Shown piece after piece: positions 17,235 to 25,760 of a stretch of DNA of 64,000 nucleotides (position 1 is its first letter; the number at the start of each line of letters is the position of its first letter). Origin of the DNA: Candidatus Omnitrophota bacterium. Its GTDB lineage: Bacteria; Omnitrophota; Gorgyraeia; Gygaellales; Profunditerraquicolaceae. The position numbers and the translations under genes were made by a program. The notes below the pieces were generated by a model. It was not told where the DNA came from, did not search any database, and was given only the letters and a program-made list of their open reading frames with translations. The stretch covers positions 15,449 through 79,448 of the forward strand of contig JBAZKL010000001.1 of NCBI GenBank assembly GCA_041650835.1, read 5' to 3'.

Positions 17235-17801
17235 TTACGGGCGCTTCCCGGCTGAAAAAGCCTGCGCGAGGAAATCCCCAACGCTATAATACCCGCGGTT
17301 CGCGGGGTTAAAGATCAACGGCTTTATTTTAGAGATGCCGGGAACCCCTTGAGCCTCAAGCATATCTTCATCGACCAAAATATCCTTGATCTCCCCGATA
17401 AATTGCGTATGTAAGCCGATTTTAACCGTATTTATGAGCCGGCATGCCAGATTTAACGGAAATTCCTTAATGTAGGGGGCATCAACAATATCGCTTTTAC
17501 AAGGAGTCAATCCAGCGACGGTGAACTTGTCTTCGCTCTTTCCTGAGGAGACCCCCAAATAATCCACTTCCTTAACATGCTTTTGAGAAGGGATGTTAAC
17601 GGTAAATGCCTTGCGCTCCATGATATTTCCGTAGGTATAGGTGGCTTCCCGCAAAGAAATAGCCACGCACGGCGGACGAGAGCAACAGATACCTCCCCAG
17701 GCAACGGCCATAGCGTTGGGTTTACCGGAGCTATCGTACGTCGAAACAATAAAGACCGGCGTCGGAAAAAGAATAGTTTGAGCCCCTATGGATATCTTCA
17801 C
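17235..17801 (-). CDS. flavin reductase-like (FMN-binding split-barrel) domain protein
   Basis: 188 aa, NAMAVAWGG...FTVNIP pattern of flavin reductase-like domain. Confidence 0.6.
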   Translation of the reverse strand: MKISIGAQTILFPTPVFIVSTYDSSGKPNAMAVAWGGICCSRPPCVAISLREATYTYGNIMERKAFTVNIPSQKHVKEVDYLGVSSGKSEDKFTVAGLTPCKSDIVDAPYIKEFPLNLACRLINTVKIGLHTQFIGEIKDILVDEDMLEAQGVPGISKIKPLIFNPANRGYYSVGDFLAQAFSAGKRP

Positions 17802-17820
17802 GGCTTCCCCCCTTTATTCA

Positions 17821-18618
17821 TTACTTTGCTCGCTCCTTAGCTTTAGAAAATATCTCCCCTAAGAACGATTTCATCGCTTCCCACGAACGGCTGTCTGCCT
17901 CTTTATTATACGCTGCTCCGGAGGCTGGGTCATTACCTGAACCGGGATTAGTAAAACTATGCACCGCGTTCCCATAAATATTCAGCTGCCAATCTACGCG
18001 GGCAGCGCGCATTTCGTCCTGAAAAGCGCTCAATTGTTCAGGTTTCACGAATGGATCGTCAGCGCCGTGACAGACCAATACGCTCCCTTTAATGTTCCGG
18101 GCATCTTCGGGATGAGGCGTATCAAGATTACCGTGAAAACTCACCGCACCGTCAATAAGAGCTCCGCTGCGCGCCAACTCTAATACCACGCCTCCTCCGA
18201 AACAATACCCGATTGCGGCGATACGGGAGCGGTCCACAAAAGGAAACTTTTTTATCGCTTCAAGGCCGGCGAGAGCGCGCTGGCGCATCAATTCCCGATC
18301 GCTTCTATAAATACCCGCCTGCGCTGAAGCCTCTTTTGGATCTTTAGGCCTGATCCCTTTGCCGTAAATATCCATAGCAAAACCAACATATCCCAGCCCG
18401 GCTATTTGCTCTGCCCGTTCTTTAACATACTGCCCGACCCCCGTCCATTCATGCGCGATCAAAACGCCGGGCAGTTGCCCCTTCAAAGAATCGTCATAAG
18501 CGCAATACCCTTCCAGGACAACATCCCCCTGCTTATATTCGACTACTTGAGTACGTATATCTGCCGACGCAGGGTGCGCCAGCGCGAGCAATACAAGAAT
18601 GGAAAGAAAATATCTCAT
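17821..18618 (-). CDS. secreted dienelactone hydrolase family protein
   Basis: Signal peptide MRYFLSILVLLALAHPASA (start chosen at this Met), nucleophile elbow GYCFGGG, C-terminal HGADDPFV. Confidence 0.65.
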   Translation of the reverse strand: MRYFLSILVLLALAHPASADIRTQVVEYKQGDVVLEGYCAYDDSLKGQLPGVLIAHEWTGVGQYVKERAEQIAGLGYVGFAMDIYGKGIRPKDPKEASAQAGIYRSDRELMRQRALAGLEAIKKFPFVDRSRIAAIGYCFGGGVVLELARSGALIDGAVSFHGNLDTPHPEDARNIKGSVLVCHGADDPFVKPEQLSAFQDEMRAARVDWQLNIYGNAVHSFTNPGSGNDPASGAAYNKEADSRSWEAMKSFLGEIFSKAKERAK

Positions 18619-18661
18619 ATCTGCCTCCTTATCTGTAGACTTTTTGCTGCGGGCGCAACTG

Positions 18662-19078
18662 CTACAAATATTTCTTAATTTCATCCAGGATCTTAGATGA
18701 TGCCTCTTTATCGCCGTCTATCGCTCCGACACGAATATCTATCTTTGAAGAAGCATCTGTTATCCTGCGGATATCGATCCAGACAGTCTTGCCGTCGGTA
18801 TATTTACTGATGATCTGCGCGATATTCTCTTGCCTTGTTTCTTTGGTGACCTCAAGATGCAGCGATTGGAGAGCCGACACGGAAGCTTTAATCGCCTTAT
18901 CGAACGGGGCGTTTACTTCCTGAGACAACTTTTCTGAAAGCCAGACAGCAGTGCCTGCTCCGCCTGCAGCTCCCGCCAATAAAGCGACACAGCCGTACAC
19001 ATTCACTAAAATAAGGAACGCGCACATTGCGACTGCCAATTGGTTAAATATAACCAACTTTGTTGAACTCCTTTTCAT
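18662..19078 (-). CDS. hypothetical small lipoprotein (DUF3568-like)
   Basis: Signal/lipobox ...LILVNVYGC, 138 aa; sigma70-like promoter TTGTAA-16-TATAAT upstream; repeat element copy 2 lies just upstream of that promoter. Confidence 0.45.
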   Translation of the reverse strand: MKRSSTKLVIFNQLAVAMCAFLILVNVYGCVALLAGAAGGAGTAVWLSEKLSQEVNAPFDKAIKASVSALQSLHLEVTKETRQENIAQIISKYTDGKTVWIDIRRITDASSKIDIRVGAIDGDKEASSKILDEIKKYL

Positions 19079-19140
19079 AAATACCTCCTTGTTGATTTTA
19101 TATATTATAATTGAATCCGGTCAATTTACAAATCTTATAA

Positions 19141-19372
19141 TTCCCCTTTTTATTGACTTTTGAACACCAAATGTTTTTATCCAGTGAAACTCAAACAGCT
19201 ACGAGGAAATTATGGAGCGAAGCGGAAGAATTTCCGAAGTGCTTAGCTGTTTGAGTGGGCAGACGTTTTCGCATAAAAGAAGCATCCCGAAGTTTGCGCA
19301 GAAAATGTTAGAAAATTAACCCGCTCCCCATTTAACAATTTTCTAACTTTTTCAAGCGCATAAACGAGGGAG
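19141..19372. repeat. Structured intergenic repeat element, copy 2 (with ~100-nt nested-hairpin insertion)
   Basis: Same TTCCCCTTTTTATTGACTTTT head and identical ~110-nt tail as copy 1. The left arm of hairpin A is replaced by a 102-nt insert carrying 13-bp stem ACTCAAACAGCTA/TAGCTGTTTGAGT enclosing inner stem GGAAATT/AATTTCC. Confidence 0.7.
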
Positions 19373-19492
19373 CCCTTCCTTTTACGCGCCCCTCGCTTCT
19401 GATACTGAGAAACCAGGGAAACTCGAAGTTGTATAGTTGCTTCAAAGTTAAAGCGAAAGGATCAACAGGAAGGCAATAGCTTTTAATCAGGC

Positions 19493-19912
19493 TTATTTCA
19501 GCAGGACCTCTGAATTAGCGGCACCGTCATTTAATATAACCCTGTCTTTCTTGATCTCAACGACGGTCTTTTCCCCCACTCTTTCCCCAACACCAACAAC
19601 AATATCATCGATTATTGCCCGCGGAGACTTTTCATCCCAGATTATGCCGGTCAGCCCCGTCAAGCCGCCGTTCTTTTGAGAGAAAATATTCCTTTTATAT
19701 GATGAAAAACTTGTTTTCTTAGCGCGCCGCTCAACCGCGGATATTATTCTATCTGATCTTACATTTGCGAGAGGATAGCTATCTTGCTCCTTTACGGGAA
19801 TTCCCGCATTATCTTTTATGGTTGCGGTAATTCCATACATTAAGCTCAATATACCGGCTGTTCCCAGAATAATCAAGATTAATAGTTTTTTATCCTTCAT
19901 ATTATTATCCAC
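19493..19912 (-). CDS. PilP/GspC-like pilus assembly lipoprotein (tentative)
   Basis: N-terminal TM anchor, C-terminal beta-rich segment GLTGIIWDEKSPRAIIDDIVVGVGERVGEKTVVEIKKDRVILNDG resembling PilP/GspC HR domain; last gene of pil cluster. Confidence 0.4.
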   Translation of the reverse strand: MDNNMKDKKLLILIILGTAGILSLMYGITATIKDNAGIPVKEQDSYPLANVRSDRIISAVERRAKKTSFSSYKRNIFSQKNGGLTGLTGIIWDEKSPRAIIDDIVVGVGERVGEKTVVEIKKDRVILNDGAANSEVLLK

Positions 19913-19954
19913 CTGCCTCTATTCCCTCACGTGGAGCTTAGCGAATGAGTGCCT

Positions 19955-20494
19955 TTAGCTCTTTTCTTTTCCCAATATATATAGCTCTAAGACCATATTC
20001 ACTTTGAGCCTATTCTCACCTTCCGTATTTAGGGCTGCCTCAAAGCTTTTAACCTTGATCACGCTATTCTTGAGATCCGCCAACGAACCCAGAAAACCAG
20101 CGAATTTCTGTTCAGGCGCCGCCATGATTATCTCAAGCGGCAATATCTTGTAAAACCATTGCGGCCCGCTCGTTATCTCCCCGGGCTTTATTGAAATAAA
20201 AGTGACCCCTTTTAATTTTCCGTGCCGGGTCAATTCAGCGATCGCGATCGATACCTCATCTTCCGTAATAAGCGCCCTCTTAACCCCGGAAATCCCGGTT
20301 TGCTCTATGGCGTAGCGCGCGCTTTCTAAATATTTCTCCAAGGCTTTATTTTCTAAAGAGCTCAGCGTGATCTTTTTTATTAACGGGCCGTAAAAAACCG
20401 CGTGTATCACAATTACGGCCAACGCGGCCGCGATCGATATAATTAAAGCCATTCTTCTTTGGATAAATTCAAATGCGCTCATTTTATTGATCAA
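19955..20494 (-). CDS. pilO: PilO-like type IV pilus assembly protein
   Basis: Single N-terminal TM plus coiled region plus PilO-like C-terminus, 179 aa, directly after pilMN. Confidence 0.55.
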   Translation of the reverse strand: MINKMSAFEFIQRRMALIISIAAALAVIVIHAVFYGPLIKKITLSSLENKALEKYLESARYAIEQTGISGVKRALITEDEVSIAIAELTRHGKLKGVTFISIKPGEITSGPQWFYKILPLEIIMAAPEQKFAGFLGSLADLKNSVIKVKSFEAALNTEGENRLKVNMVLELYILGKEKS

Positions 20495-21980
20495 CCTTGC
20501 ACTTCAATTCAAATTCGATCCCCGGGACATCTCCCCTATTCCTGCTCTCAACCAATTTAACGTTATTCAACAACCCTTTTTCTAACGCGAGGATGAACTG
20601 GGAGAGTATTTGCTCGCCATCCAAAGCCGGAACAACCCCATCCATAGTAATTAAATTATCTTCCAATTTAAGCAGCCTGATATATGCTTTATCAGGGATC
20701 AGGTTGGAAAGTTCGACAAAAACGTCTTCCCACCGCGGCTCATCAACCAGTATCGTTGACGCCAGGTTCTGCTCTTCGAGGCGCTTTAACTGCGGTTGTA
20801 AGCTTGAGAGCTCCAGATTTGCCGTAGAAATTCCCTTCTCGAAATTTGCCAGTTGTATCCTCATGCCTATATAACTGAAGACGGAAATAAGACCGATCGC
20901 TATTACGACGCTTTCAATCGTTATCCTCTGAAGCAATCTCCCCGCTTTTTCCTTTATTACAACAGGAAGAAGATTAAGCCCTTTTCCTTCGCTTAAAGCC
21001 GCGCCTATCGCAAGCGCGAAACGATGCGTTTGACTGGCGCTGCCGGCTATTACCTCTTTTGAGGCCTTCAAGGGCGTCAACGAATCTCCAAGCCTGGCTT
21101 CTACTCCCAATCGTTGGATCAAATATTTAATTATATCCCCCAACAGTTGCGCCTCTCCTGATACGATAACCGAATCGATCTTGCGGCCTACACCCTCTTC
21201 CTTATAATAATCAAAGCTTTTCTCTATTTCCACTGCCAATTGCTCCAAGGCAATGAGCTCCTGAGAAAGGATCTGCGTTGAGTCCGGGTCATCGCTCCTG
21301 CCGGAAGGCAAAGTATTCCTTAAAGCTTTTGTAAAATCATCGCCTTTAACAGGTATCTTACGGTTAAATACAAAATCTTTCCCCTTACAGACGATAAGCT
21401 CCACGCCGAATTCTCCGATATCAACGAAGCACTGCGTTTGCCCTTGCCTGCAGTAAAGGCTCTCCGCCGATCTCAACAGCGCGTAAGAAAAAGGCACAAA
21501 CGAAGCCGGTTTCACGCCGGCCTTTTCCAGTAAGGCTAAATATTTATTCACTGTTTGCTCGGGGCTCACCGCAACTATCAGATCGTATTTCCTGACGCCG
21601 TTATCAACAGACTCTCCTCGTATCTCAAAATCGAAGATAAACTGCTCTATCGAGAACGGAAAATAGTTTTTCGACTCTAATTTTACTCCTTCACACAATT
21701 CCGCCTTGGGCATATACGGGGCCGTCACTTTTCTGAGCACGGTTTGACTGCAATTAACACTCGCCACAACCGTGGCTTTATGCATATCAATGTCCTTCAT
21801 TAATTCCTTAAGAGCGCCTATCACCTCCTCTTCACAGGCGCCGGCATCACTGCCGGCATGTTTGACCTCTTTTAGATCGAGCCGAAGAAGATGCAAGCCA
21901 TCATCCTTCTTTTCGAATTGAGCCGCCTTTATTGAAGAAGGACTGATATCCAAGCCGATAATCAGGTTTTTTTTAAACAT
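20484..21980 (-). CDS. pilMN: PilM-PilN fusion (actin-like ATPase domain fused to PilN-type TM/periplasmic domain)
   Basis: N-terminal 350 aa PilM-like (IIGLDISPSSIKAAQF...). Then TM helix IESVVIAIGLISVFSYIGM and PilN-like C-terminal domain. 498 aa total. Confidence 0.65.
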   Translation of the reverse strand: MFKKNLIIGLDISPSSIKAAQFEKKDDGLHLLRLDLKEVKHAGSDAGACEEEVIGALKELMKDIDMHKATVVASVNCSQTVLRKVTAPYMPKAELCEGVKLESKNYFPFSIEQFIFDFEIRGESVDNGVRKYDLIVAVSPEQTVNKYLALLEKAGVKPASFVPFSYALLRSAESLYCRQGQTQCFVDIGEFGVELIVCKGKDFVFNRKIPVKGDDFTKALRNTLPSGRSDDPDSTQILSQELIALEQLAVEIEKSFDYYKEEGVGRKIDSVIVSGEAQLLGDIIKYLIQRLGVEARLGDSLTPLKASKEVIAGSASQTHRFALAIGAALSEGKGLNLLPVVIKEKAGRLLQRITIESVVIAIGLISVFSYIGMRIQLANFEKGISTANLELSSLQPQLKRLEEQNLASTILVDEPRWEDVFVELSNLIPDKAYIRLLKLEDNLITMDGVVPALDGEQILSQFILALEKGLLNNVKLVESRNRGDVPGIEFELKCKVDQ

Positions 21981-22023
21981 TTTTCTTATGCCCGCTTGCG
22001 TAAACGCCTAAAACCATAACCGG

Positions 22024-22866
22024 TTAAATAGCCGGGACTATCTCTTTCCAATCTATCTGATCATATGCCCTTGACAATCCGTCAGCTACCGTTACCCTGC
22101 CGTCATGGACCGCCACGGTCCGGGAGATCTTCCTGTTCATAACGCTCATTGTCCCTGTTGAGGTGATCTTTGCTCCGATAGCCTCTACGGAGGCGACCCT
22201 GACGCCGGAGTTCGCGGTAACCCTGGTAACGCTCAAGCGCAGATATTTGACGTCGGCCGCAGCGGAAAATTCATTGGTTACATCAGAGGAGCTATTATTG
22301 TTTTTCGTAACCACGGTTGTATACGTTATATTATCGGCAGATACCTGCCATGTATAATCCCTGGGCGCCCGCGAGGAAGCTTTCGCCGGCACTAAAAAAC
22401 GGACCTTATTTATCGTCAGTTTACGCGGAAAAGTAACAGTAACGTATTGCGGTTTCTTGTCCGAGGGCTTCGAAGCTGATTGCCAATACGTCGTATCCGA
22501 ATTGTCTGTGACTCGGTCTGCCCCATGGTTTGCGGCACTTGATGATGCCGTCACAGCGCTGTCGTGAGCCGCCAGGCACCAGTCCCATCTTTCTACTTTC
22601 AAGGTATAACTGCCCGCTCCTAAATTCTCCGTCGTTGAGGAAGTTATCCAATCTTCCCCCTTACCGCCTGACGCCAGGGGAGTCATAAGGTTCCATATAG
22701 CCTTCTGGACCCCGGCTTCAGCAAGCCATAACGCCTTGGAGCCGGCGATACCATACCCCGCCCCCCTTGTTTGAACGCTGGTCATATACAAAAATGAAGC
22801 TGTAATAACGGTTAAAGTTATCATAATGATAAACGTAAGTATAAGCACCATGCCTTTTCTGTTCAC
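22024..22866 (-). CDS. PilX/GspK-like minor pilin with C-terminal discoidin (F5/8 type C)-like domain
   Basis: N-terminal hydrophobic pilin-like helix GMVLILTFIIMITLTVITASF. C-terminal region TDNSDTTYWQSASKPSDKKPQYVTVTFPRKLTINKVRF is typical of discoidin/galactose-binding-like domains. ATGA overlap with upstream minor pilin. Confidence 0.55.
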   Translation of the reverse strand: MNRKGMVLILTFIIMITLTVITASFLYMTSVQTRGAGYGIAGSKALWLAEAGVQKAIWNLMTPLASGGKGEDWITSSTTENLGAGSYTLKVERWDWCLAAHDSAVTASSSAANHGADRVTDNSDTTYWQSASKPSDKKPQYVTVTFPRKLTINKVRFLVPAKASSRAPRDYTWQVSADNITYTTVVTKNNNSSSDVTNEFSAAADVKYLRLSVTRVTANSGVRVASVEAIGAKITSTGTMSVMNRKISRTVAVHDGRVTVADGLSRAYDQIDWKEIVPAI

Positions 22867-23384
22867 AGATTCCTTGGCCTGATCGCCGTCCTTGACCTTA
22901 TGGTTTCATCGTTTCTCTTCAGGCTTAGATCAATATTGATCAAATTACCGCTTATTGACAGATCTGAAGCGGGGGGAGCAACGACATCGGTCATTTTAAT
23001 ATCTCCCGAACCATAGGTAAACTTCCCGGCGATGCCTCCGGTAAGTGAGGCTTTGCGCAATTGATAAGCGCTTTTATTAAATAACGGGGGATACGGATCA
23101 GCCGCGTTATACAGGTAATAAATATAATAACCGGCCTCCCCCTGATAAAACCGTATCTCATTATTCGAGCACTGGACAGCGCTTACATCCCGTAAATCCC
23201 GGACTATCTCCTCGACCCCCCGGTCAAGATTGATATCAATACCTGCCCTGGCTTCCTCACTTGACCAGCTCAATAATACCGCTCTCAGGACAGAAACAAG
23301 GACTACCGTCAAAACAACCAGCATTGAAACCGTGATCATCAATTCCATTAATGTCAGGCCGCGTCTTACACTCTGAGTAACCAT
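22863..23384 (-). CDS. minor (pseudo)pilin, PilW/GspJ-like
   Basis: Start at MVTQSVRRGLTLMELMITVSML gives prepilin motif G-LTLMEL with Glu+5; 1-nt TGATG overlap with upstream gene. Confidence 0.6.
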   Translation of the reverse strand: MVTQSVRRGLTLMELMITVSMLVVLTVVLVSVLRAVLLSWSSEEARAGIDINLDRGVEEIVRDLRDVSAVQCSNNEIRFYQGEAGYYIYYLYNAADPYPPLFNKSAYQLRKASLTGGIAGKFTYGSGDIKMTDVVAPPASDLSISGNLINIDLSLKRNDETIRSRTAIRPRNL

Positions 23385-23746
23385 CAGTAATTCGCGACAA
23401 GCGTTGTCAAAGTTACATTCGCCTGTCCGCCTTTCGTGTACCAATAAACCGTTACATCCACCTGTTTAAGGCTGGTATGAAGGAGCTTTACCGCTACCTG
23501 CCTCTGAAAGGCAGAAAATCCGGGCACCGCAGATCTATCTTCATTGACAACAGCCGCGTAGAATTGCTCCTTAATACCTTCCATTTTCTCCTGGGTGAGG
23601 TTTTGGGCCAGATCAACGCTCTCAAGATCGCCGGAAGTGACTATCCCCGAGCTGAAAGCTCCCGCGATCGACAATACGCCCACGCTCAAGAGAAGAGTAG
23701 CGATAAGTACTTCCAAGAGTGTAAATCCGCTTTTCTTTCGCTTCAT
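23384..23746 (-). CDS. minor (pseudo)pilin, PilV/GspI-like
   Basis: MKRKKSGFTLLEVLIATLLLSVGVL class-III prepilin signal; 120 aa. Confidence 0.65.
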   Translation of the reverse strand: MKRKKSGFTLLEVLIATLLLSVGVLSIAGAFSSGIVTSGDLESVDLAQNLTQEKMEGIKEQFYAAVVNEDRSAVPGFSAFQRQVAVKLLHTSLKQVDVTVYWYTKGGQANVTLTTLVANY

Positions 23747-23804
23747 GGCAAATAGGATTTAGCCTTTCCGTCAAGATCTCGCCGTTATAAAATACAGCCA
23801 AAGG

Positions 23805-24263
23805 CTACGGTTGCGTGTCTTTTGTCGCGCCGTTAGTAACGTAGATACAGCTCGAGCCGTTAGTTTCCGTAATAACGCCCGCCGTCGAAATTGCCGCGCT
23901 TCCGTTACCGCCGACCCCGACGGAATAAATAACGTAATACTTAACCGGAGTTGCTCCATCAGTGGCATATCCGTATTGAGTTGAACTGTTAAATGGATCG
24001 GTCAAGGCAGTACCGATAATGTTAGGAGTAGCGCCGGTAAGGGAAGTTTCCCATGTGGCTGAAGCTGCCGGGTACGTATTATTGTTATGAATATAATAAC
24101 TTTCAACGGCAGACTGCAGGGTCCTCAACTCGCCCTTTGCCTGCGCGATCCTGCCTTCATCCTGCATACCTCTAAAACGAGGCAAAGCAATACCGACCAA
24201 TATGGAAATAACGGCAATTACGATCAAAAGCTCCATAATAGTAAAACCTCTTTTTTGCAGCAT
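23805..24263 (-). CDS. type IV pilin / major pseudopilin (PilA/GspG-like)
   Basis: MLQKRGFTIMELLIVIAVISILVGIALP (G-1, F+1, E+5), 152 aa, Ser/Thr/Gly-rich variable region. Confidence 0.8.
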   Translation of the reverse strand: MLQKRGFTIMELLIVIAVISILVGIALPRFRGMQDEGRIAQAKGELRTLQSAVESYYIHNNNTYPAASATWETSLTGATPNIIGTALTDPFNSSTQYGYATDGATPVKYYVIYSVGVGGNGSAAISTAGVITETNGSSCIYVTNGATKDTQP

Positions 24264-24335
24264 TTCTCCCTCCTTTTGAGCACTGATTGTTTTTTTTTAA
24301 GCGTCTCCCGACGCGCATTCAAGGATTTTAAAGGC

Positions 24336-25550
24336 TTAACGCTTCAGCGTTTTTACCATATCAAAAATAGGCATAAGCATCGATGCCATGATCATGCCGA
24401 CCATAGACCCCATAACAACTAAAAATAACGGTTCTATAAGCGTGGTTAATTTCTTGATCGTGTAGCCTACGCTGATATCATAAAAATCAGCAATTTTGTT
24501 AAGCATCTCGGCTAAATTTCCGCTCTCCTCGCCTGCGGCGACCATCTGAACCACATTCGCGGGGAATTCACCGCTTATTTTCATCGATTGAGCCATGCGG
24601 TCGCCTTTTTCAACGCTTTTGCGCATCTGCGCAACAGCACGCACCATTATTTCATTCTCGATCACCTCCTTGCTAAGGTTTAAAGCTTCCAAAATAGAGA
24701 GCCCGCTTCCTAAGAGCGTAGCTAATGTCCTGGTAAAGCGTGAAATATATACTTCCCGGTATAACGGGCCGATAATGATCATACGCAACTTTAATCTATC
24801 GCGCAAAAACTTGCCCCCCGGCGTCCTCACATAATAACGTAATGCCGCCAGGAAACCGACAAAAGAGGCGGCGAATAAATACCAGTAGCTTTTTAAAGCC
24901 ATGCCTGTTTTATATACGATCAAGGTAGGGACAGGCAGCTTGAGCCCCGCCCTTAAATATATCTCGGAAAACTGAGGCATAATAAAGGTAACGACAAACA
25001 GTGTAACCGCGACTCCCGCGCAAAGCAGTATCAGGGGATAAAAAAGAGCTCCCTGGATCTTTTCCTTGATGTCATGCTGCTGTTCAAAGAAAAGTGCGTA
25101 GCGCTTCAAAACAACATCGAGTTTACCGCTTTTTTCCCCTGAATTTATCATATTGACGAAAAGCTTGCTAAATATGCCCGGGTACATCGCAAAAGCCTCG
25201 GAGAGGCGGCGCCCCGATTCAACCTGCCTGACAACGGTATCAACCGCCTCTTTTAAGATCTTATTTTCTATCTGCCTGGAAAGCGTATTCAGGCTCGCCA
25301 GGATGGTTATACCGGCATTAATAAGATTAGACAGCTGAAAATAGAACATGAGCATCTCCGTAGGACCGATCCATTGGAATTTATCAAGTATGCTTCCGGC
25401 AATTCCCGCTACAGGAGCTTTAGCCACAAATGTAGTCATGCAGCCCTTCTCATGAAGTTCAGCGATAAGCGCTTGCTTATTAACAGCATCCATAATACCT
25501 TTAACGGATCTACCGGCTGGATCTCTGGCTTTGTAAATGTAAAACGGCAT
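24336..25550 (-). CDS. pilC: type IV pilus platform protein PilC (GspF family, two T2SS-F domains)
   Basis: Start at MPFYIYKA preceded by AAGGAGAGG-4 nt; duplicated GspF-type domains, C-terminal VVMGSMVGMIMASMLMPIFDM. Confidence 0.8.
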   Translation of the reverse strand: MPFYIYKARDPAGRSVKGIMDAVNKQALIAELHEKGCMTTFVAKAPVAGIAGSILDKFQWIGPTEMLMFYFQLSNLINAGITILASLNTLSRQIENKILKEAVDTVVRQVESGRRLSEAFAMYPGIFSKLFVNMINSGEKSGKLDVVLKRYALFFEQQHDIKEKIQGALFYPLILLCAGVAVTLFVVTFIMPQFSEIYLRAGLKLPVPTLIVYKTGMALKSYWYLFAASFVGFLAALRYYVRTPGGKFLRDRLKLRMIIIGPLYREVYISRFTRTLATLLGSGLSILEALNLSKEVIENEIMVRAVAQMRKSVEKGDRMAQSMKISGEFPANVVQMVAAGEESGNLAEMLNKIADFYDISVGYTIKKLTTLIEPLFLVVMGSMVGMIMASMLMPIFDMVKTLKR

Positions 25551-25687
25551 CAAACCTCTCCTTACGAACATAATGACATTACTACGAAAAACACTCATAA
25601 ACATATCCTGCTCTTTAATTTATCGGCATTATATCCTATTTACTTTAATAAAATTATCAGGCAGAGGGGGGACCTGTGTCCTTATAA

Positions 25688-25725
25688 AACAAAAAAGGCC
25701 GTGATCAATACAATCGATCACAGCC
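25688..25725 (-). terminator. Rho-independent terminator after the giant gene
   Basis: 12-bp stem GGCUGUGAUCGA/UUGAUCACGGCC (two G-U), 5-nt loop, followed on minus strand by UUUUUUGUUUU. Confidence 0.6.
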
Positions 25726-25760
25726 TTCTTTTATCGCTATTCCCTGAAACTAACCCTTAG

